Below are positions 60,258-64,000 of a stretch of 64,000 nt of DNA, one piece after another. The notes under the pieces were generated by a model. It saw only the letters and a list, made by a program, of their open reading frames with translations. It made no database searches and was not told where the DNA came from. Position 1 is the first letter of the stretch. Every line of letters starts with the position of its first letter. The DNA is from Ottowia sp. (GTDB lineage Bacteria; Pseudomonadota; Gammaproteobacteria; Burkholderiales; Burkholderiaceae_C). The stretch spans positions 69,998-133,997 of the forward strand of contig NZ_DAOKZG010000003.1 of assembly GCF_035325765.1 (NCBI RefSeq), given 5' to 3'. The translations under genes were made by a program, and so were the position numbers.

Positions 60258-60539
60258 TCAAAACCCGCTGCTGGCCCACAGTTGCGCCTGGCGAGGCGTC
60301 AGCACGTTGTCGGCTGTGATCCATTGCAGCCGGCTGCCGGTGCGCACGCCGACCTGCACCGTCCCCAGCACCAGGCGAACAGCCACAAGCGGGCCGGCCT
60401 TGCTGGGCCAGGGATGCAACGCCCAGCGTGTCGGGGCGACGGTTGCGGCCACGCGTTCCTGTCTGGAAGGTTCAAGCGCTGGCTGAACAGGAAGCGGATC
60501 ATCACGCCAGCAATAGGCGCGCGGAGTGCGGACATACAT
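60258..60539 (-). CDS. Hypothetical 93-aa protein, convergent to the main operon
   Basis: RBS GGAG before ATG 60539; GC3-rich codons in the C-terminal half. Confidence 0.55.
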   Translation of the reverse strand: MYVRTPRAYCWRDDPLPVQPALEPSRQERVAATVAPTRWALHPWPSKAGPLVAVRLVLGTVQVGVRTGSRLQWITADNVLTPRQAQLWASSGF

Positions 60540-60714
60540 GAAAGCTCCAGTCACAGCACCACACCCGCACGGGACCATCCCATGGGGCGGCAGGTGCTCA
60601 ACTGGAATGGGTGCTAGTGCTCGGCTTTCATGGCAGCACGAATGGTAGCGCGATGGACGAACAAATTGAATCGCGGCGCATGTGAATCAGTGACGCGTGA
60701 AAGTGGCTTCAGGC

Positions 60715-60856
60715 CTATGTCGGCTGCAGTCGGTTTCCCGTTGTTTCTTTCCGGAACATCGGGGCCACGCCTGAGTGAATCTGCCTTGGTTGCGACCTCG
60801 CCGCGCGCCTGAGCCGCGTCGTATTCATCAGCCAGCCGCATCTTGGCCCGCGCTTG
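60715..60856 (-). pseudogene. Fragment of a phage-type protein (RLADEYDAAQARGEVA motif)
   Basis: Motif recalled from prophage proteins; no plausible start, truncated at both ends. Confidence 0.4.
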
Positions 60857-61081
60857 TACGTGGAGGAGGTTCGCACAGGCCGCGCTGAATTGGCGGCTGT
60901 GTCGGTGAGGAAATATCCCGCCACGATGAATGCCGAGAAAATTATCTCGACCCTGCATCCCAACGCCCGAAGCGATGGCAAGGACGCTCTCATTGTAATT
61001 GCCCCGACCTGGAGCCCGGCATCAGCCAGAGCTTCGCCGAGCGCCAGCCTGGCGACTACACGACCGCCGATGAGGCAATGA
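60857..61081 (+). pseudogene. C-terminal fragment of a possible RelE/BECR-like nuclease domain
   Basis: YVEEVRTGRAELAAVSVRKYP recalls the C-terminal strands of RelE/BECR-fold domains; N-terminus missing. Confidence 0.3.
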
Positions 61082-61218
61082 ATGCAGCGCTCGCGCTACT
61101 CAAGGACCACCCCGAGGCCATCGGCGCCACGGCCCTGCGCAAATCCTGACCCATCCGCGCTGGTGGCGGCATCACCGCCCCGGCGCACAGTTCACGCTCG
61201 GCCTGAATTTGGCGAAAG

Positions 61219-61240
61219 TGCCTACGATGTGCCTACAGCA
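61219..61240 (+). repeat. Two 11-bp arm-type repeats (TGCCTACGATG, TGCCTACAGCA)
   Basis: Same TGCCTAC core and 11-bp period as 52255-52287, ~57 bp inside the tRNA-side att. Confidence 0.7.
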
Positions 61241-61296
61241 CCCCGGAAAAGAAGAAGAACGCTATGCAAATGCTAGCGGGCTTTCATCATTGGGTG

Positions 61297-61373
61297 TGGG
61301 GTGGCTGATGGGACTCGAACCCACGACAACCGGAATCACAATCCGGGACTCTACCAACTGAGCTACAGCCACC
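61297..61373 (-). tRNA. tRNA-His(GTG), integration target
   Basis: Minus strand GGTGGCTGTAGCTCAGTTGGTAGAG...CCGGA-TTGTGAT-TCCGG...GGTTCGAGTCCC...CCA, includes G-1. Confidence 0.97.
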
Positions 61374-61475
61374 GTAGCAAACCCTGAATTATAACGGCCA
61401 AGCGGCACGTCGAGCGCGCTGCGCTGCTTGTGGCGAGGTGCCCGGTCGCGCTGCCGGCGCCCTGCCGGTCGGGAC

Positions 61476-61498
61476 AAAAAAGCCCCCGACCGGGGGCT
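61476..61498 (-). terminator. Rho-independent terminator after the BI-1/YccA gene
   Basis: AGCCCCC-GACC-GGGGGCT stem with T-run on the minus strand. Confidence 0.8.
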
Positions 61499-61538
61499 GG
61501 TTTCGGCCGGCGTCGCATGAGACGCCTGCCGGCGCGTC

Positions 61539-62231
61539 TCAGTCGTTGCTGCCGCCCATGCCCAGCAGCACCAGCAGGCCCTGGAACACGTTGAACAGGT
61601 CCAGGTAGAGCGCCAGCGTGGCGCTGATGTAGTTGGTCTCGCCGCCGTCGATGATGCGCTTGAGGTCGTACAGCATGTAGAGGCTGAACACCCCAACGAG
61701 CAGCGTGCTGATGACCATCATGCCCGCGCTGGAACCGACGAAGACGTTGACGATGGCGCCGACGAACACCACCAGGGCACCCACGAACAGCCATTTGCCC
61801 AGGCCCGAGAGGTCGCGCTTGATGACGCTGGCCAGGCTGGCCATCACGAAGAACACGCCGGCGGTGCCGCCCATGGCGGTCATCACCAGTTCGCTGCCGT
61901 TCTTGAAGCCCAGCACGATGGCGATCAGGCGCGACAGCATCAGGCCCATGAAGAAGGTGAAGGCAAGCAGGGCCACCACGCCCATGGCCGAGTTCTTGGT
62001 CTTCTCGATCACGAACATCAGGCCGAAGGCGCCCACCAGGAACACCATCAGGCCGACGCCTGGCGTCAGCGTGGTGGTGATGCCCGTGGCCACCCCCAGC
62101 CAGGCGCCCAGCACGGTGGGCAGCAGGCTCAGGGCGAGCAGCCAGTAGGTGTTGCGCAGCACCTTGTTGCGCTCGGCCTGCGCCAGGGCGCCGCCTGCCG
62201 CGTAGCCGAATGGGGTCATGCGTTGATTCAT
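61539..62231 (-). CDS. Bax inhibitor-1/YccA family membrane protein
   Basis: NKVLRNTYWLL, LYDLKRIIDGGETNYISATLALYLDLFNVF; start ATG 62231. Confidence 0.93.
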   Translation of the reverse strand: MNQRMTPFGYAAGGALAQAERNKVLRNTYWLLALSLLPTVLGAWLGVATGITTTLTPGVGLMVFLVGAFGLMFVIEKTKNSAMGVVALLAFTFFMGLMLSRLIAIVLGFKNGSELVMTAMGGTAGVFFVMASLASVIKRDLSGLGKWLFVGALVVFVGAIVNVFVGSSAGMMVISTLLVGVFSLYMLYDLKRIIDGGETNYISATLALYLDLFNVFQGLLVLLGMGGSND

Positions 62232-62443
62232 GGGGGTGATTCTCCTTGCGTGATCACGGTCCGGACTGGCGTGCTTCGCCCGCCTTTGTCGCCAATTGTA
62301 TGTAGAGTCCTGTTGCAACAGAAAATTCCCTTGCGCGGTCCGCGCCGCTTGGCGGCCGGAGGGGGCACCTTGCCATGCGTGCGCTATCCTTGCGCCGTGG
62401 GCACGGGCCGGATGGGCTGGCCTGCCTGAGCGGAAAGGCACGG

Positions 62444-62851
62444 ATGAAGACCCAGTTTGTACTCGAAGCGGCCGATGTCAAGGCCATCGCTGAGGCGGCC
62501 GAGGCCGAGGCTCGGCGCAACCAGTGGGCGGTCTCGATCGCCGTGGTCGATGCCGGCGGGCACCTGCTGCACCTGCACCGCCTCGATGGCGCAGCGCCGA
62601 TGACGGCGCGCATCGCGCCCGCCAAGGCGCACAGTTCGGCCATGGGGCGGCGCGAGAGCAAGGGTTTCGAGGATGTGATCAACGGCGGGCGCACGGCCTT
62701 CCTCTCGGTGCCCGGACTGGACGCGCTGATGGAGGGCGGGGTTCCGATCATCAAGGACGGCCAGTGCATCGGGGCCGTCGGCGTGAGCGGGGTGAAGTCC
62801 TCCGAGGACGCCCAGATCGCCCGTGCCGGCATCGCGGCGCTGGGCCTGTGA
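62444..62851 (+). CDS. GlcG/HbpS-family heme-binding protein
   Basis: SIAVVDAGGHL...RLDGA, KAHSS, GGVPI...GAVGVSG...D. Confidence 0.9.
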   Translation: MKTQFVLEAADVKAIAEAAEAEARRNQWAVSIAVVDAGGHLLHLHRLDGAAPMTARIAPAKAHSSAMGRRESKGFEDVINGGRTAFLSVPGLDALMEGGVPIIKDGQCIGAVGVSGVKSSEDAQIARAGIAALGL

Positions 62852-62905
62852 TTCCGCGCCGGTTGTGACGCGCGGCGTGGCGCCGCACCGGGCGTTCCGG
62901 CCGGA

Positions 62906-63718
62906 TCAGCGCTCCGGGCGCACCGCCTGCAGGATGGTGGTGGCGATCTCCTCGATCGACTTGGTGGTGGTCGACAGCCAGCGGATGCCGGCGCGGCGCA
63001 TCATGGCCTCGGCCTCGGATACTTCCATGCGGCAGTTGTCCAGCGCGGCGTAGCGCGAGTTGGGACGCCGCTCGGCGCGGATTTCGGCGAGCCGCTCGGG
63101 CGCGATGGTGAGGCCGAAGATCTTCTTGCGGTAGGGGATCAGCGCCGGGGGCAGCTGGCGGCGCTCGAAGTCCTCCGGGATCAGCGGATAGTTGGCCGCC
63201 TTCAGGCCGAATTGCATCGCCAGGTACAGGCTGGTGGGCGTCTTGCCGCTGCGGCTGACTCCCACCAGGATGACATCTGCACCCTCCAGGTCGCGGTTGC
63301 TCTGGCCGTCGTCGTGCGCCAGACTGAAGTTGATGGCCTCGATGCGGTCGTGGTAGGCCTGGTCGCGGCTGATGTCCGAGAAGCGCCCGACGCGGTGCAT
63401 GCTCTTGAGGCCGAGTTCGGTCTCCAGCGGCTGCACGAAGGTGCCGAACATGTCCAGCAGCAGGCCCTTGCAACCCGCACGCAGCACCTGCAACACCTCG
63501 GGATCGACCAGGGTGCTGAATACCACGGGGCGCTGGCCTTCGAGTTCGAACGTGTGGTTGATCTGGCGCACCACCTGGTGCGCCTTGTCGGGCGTGTCGG
63601 TGAACGGCAGGCGCACCAGGCGCGGCTTGATCTCGAACTGCGCCAGGATGGCGGTGCCGAAGGTCTCGGCGGTGATGCCGGTGCCGTCTGAGACGTAGAA
63701 AACGGTGCGGTGGCTCAT
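62906..63718 (-). CDS. ppsR: PEP synthase regulatory protein (kinase/pyrophosphorylase)
   Basis: FYVSDGTGITAET, RIEAINFSLAHDDG, GVSRSGKTPTSLYLA; divergent from ppsA. Confidence 0.95.
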   Translation of the reverse strand: MSHRTVFYVSDGTGITAETFGTAILAQFEIKPRLVRLPFTDTPDKAHQVVRQINHTFELEGQRPVVFSTLVDPEVLQVLRAGCKGLLLDMFGTFVQPLETELGLKSMHRVGRFSDISRDQAYHDRIEAINFSLAHDDGQSNRDLEGADVILVGVSRSGKTPTSLYLAMQFGLKAANYPLIPEDFERRQLPPALIPYRKKIFGLTIAPERLAEIRAERRPNSRYAALDNCRMEVSEAEAMMRRAGIRWLSTTTKSIEEIATTILQAVRPER

Positions 63719-63918
63719 GGCGTGCGTGTTCCTGCGGCGGGGCCCCCCTTGGGCACCCGCTTCCCTACAATGGCGGGCATTATGCGAATTTGCACGCCGC
63801 AGACCGAATGGAGGCCGCCGGCGCAGCTGGCCGCCGCCTCGCTCTGCCGCCCCGCGCGCGCTGGCCGGCCCAGGGCCCCGCGCGCCGCACGCCGCTTTTC
63901 AAACTCCGGAGCCTTCCC

Positions 63919-64000
63919 ATGTCTGCACGTTTCGAGGCGACCGCACTGGTCGTACCGTTTGAGAACCTGAGGATGACCGATGTCGAGGCGGTCGGCGGCA
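63919..64000 (+). CDS. ppsA: Phosphoenolpyruvate synthase, 5' end (truncated by window)
   Basis: MSARFEATALVVPFENLRMTDVEAVGG, next to ppsR. Confidence 0.85.
   Translation, partial: MSARFEATALVVPFENLRMTDVEAVGG

Larger units (their letters stand above)
52089..61347. mobile_element. tRNA-His-integrated phage-satellite-like element (~9.2 kb)
   Basis: att direct repeats, integrase at one end, TA pair, excisionase-like gene, primase-helicase, iterons, SSB; no structural genes recognised. Confidence 0.88.

Noticed and set aside
60198-60617. 139-aa plus-strand ORF in the island
   Set aside because: Low-complexity translation, no RBS; antisense to the better-supported 60258-60539 gene.

Overview
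High-GC (roughly 70% by eye) betaproteobacterial chromosome segment, Burkholderiales/Comamonadaceae-like. It opens with the end of a type VI secretion cluster (tssC-tssB-tssA, divergent tssJ). Housekeeping and metabolic genes follow: trpB2, ftsH paralog, serB, mfd, a Mo-hydroxylase large subunit, ispDF, ompR-envZ-like pair, relA, tRNA-Val, class II DAHP synthase, gcvTHP under a tandem glycine riboswitch, TRAP and ABC transporters, ETF-QO, and ppsR/ppsA at the right end. The main accessory feature is a ~9.2 kb integrative element at tRNA-His (52089-61347). It is bounded by an exact 51-bp att duplication and has 11-bp arm-type repeats at both ends. It carries an intact tyrosine integrase, a RelE/HigBA-like TA pair, an excisionase/AlpA-like gene, a PriCT-2/TOPRIM/AAA primase-helicase, a ~10-copy iteron array, an SSB and several orphan proteins. 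I recognise no capsid, terminase, tail or conjugation genes, so it looks like a minimalist phage satellite of unassigned family. Two MITE-like families (two copies each) are present. A 165-bp palindrome-rich insertion appears to be translated in frame inside the Mo-enzyme, and a NYN gene appears internally deleted. Everything was read by eye; no database searches were run, so family assignments rest on recalled motifs.
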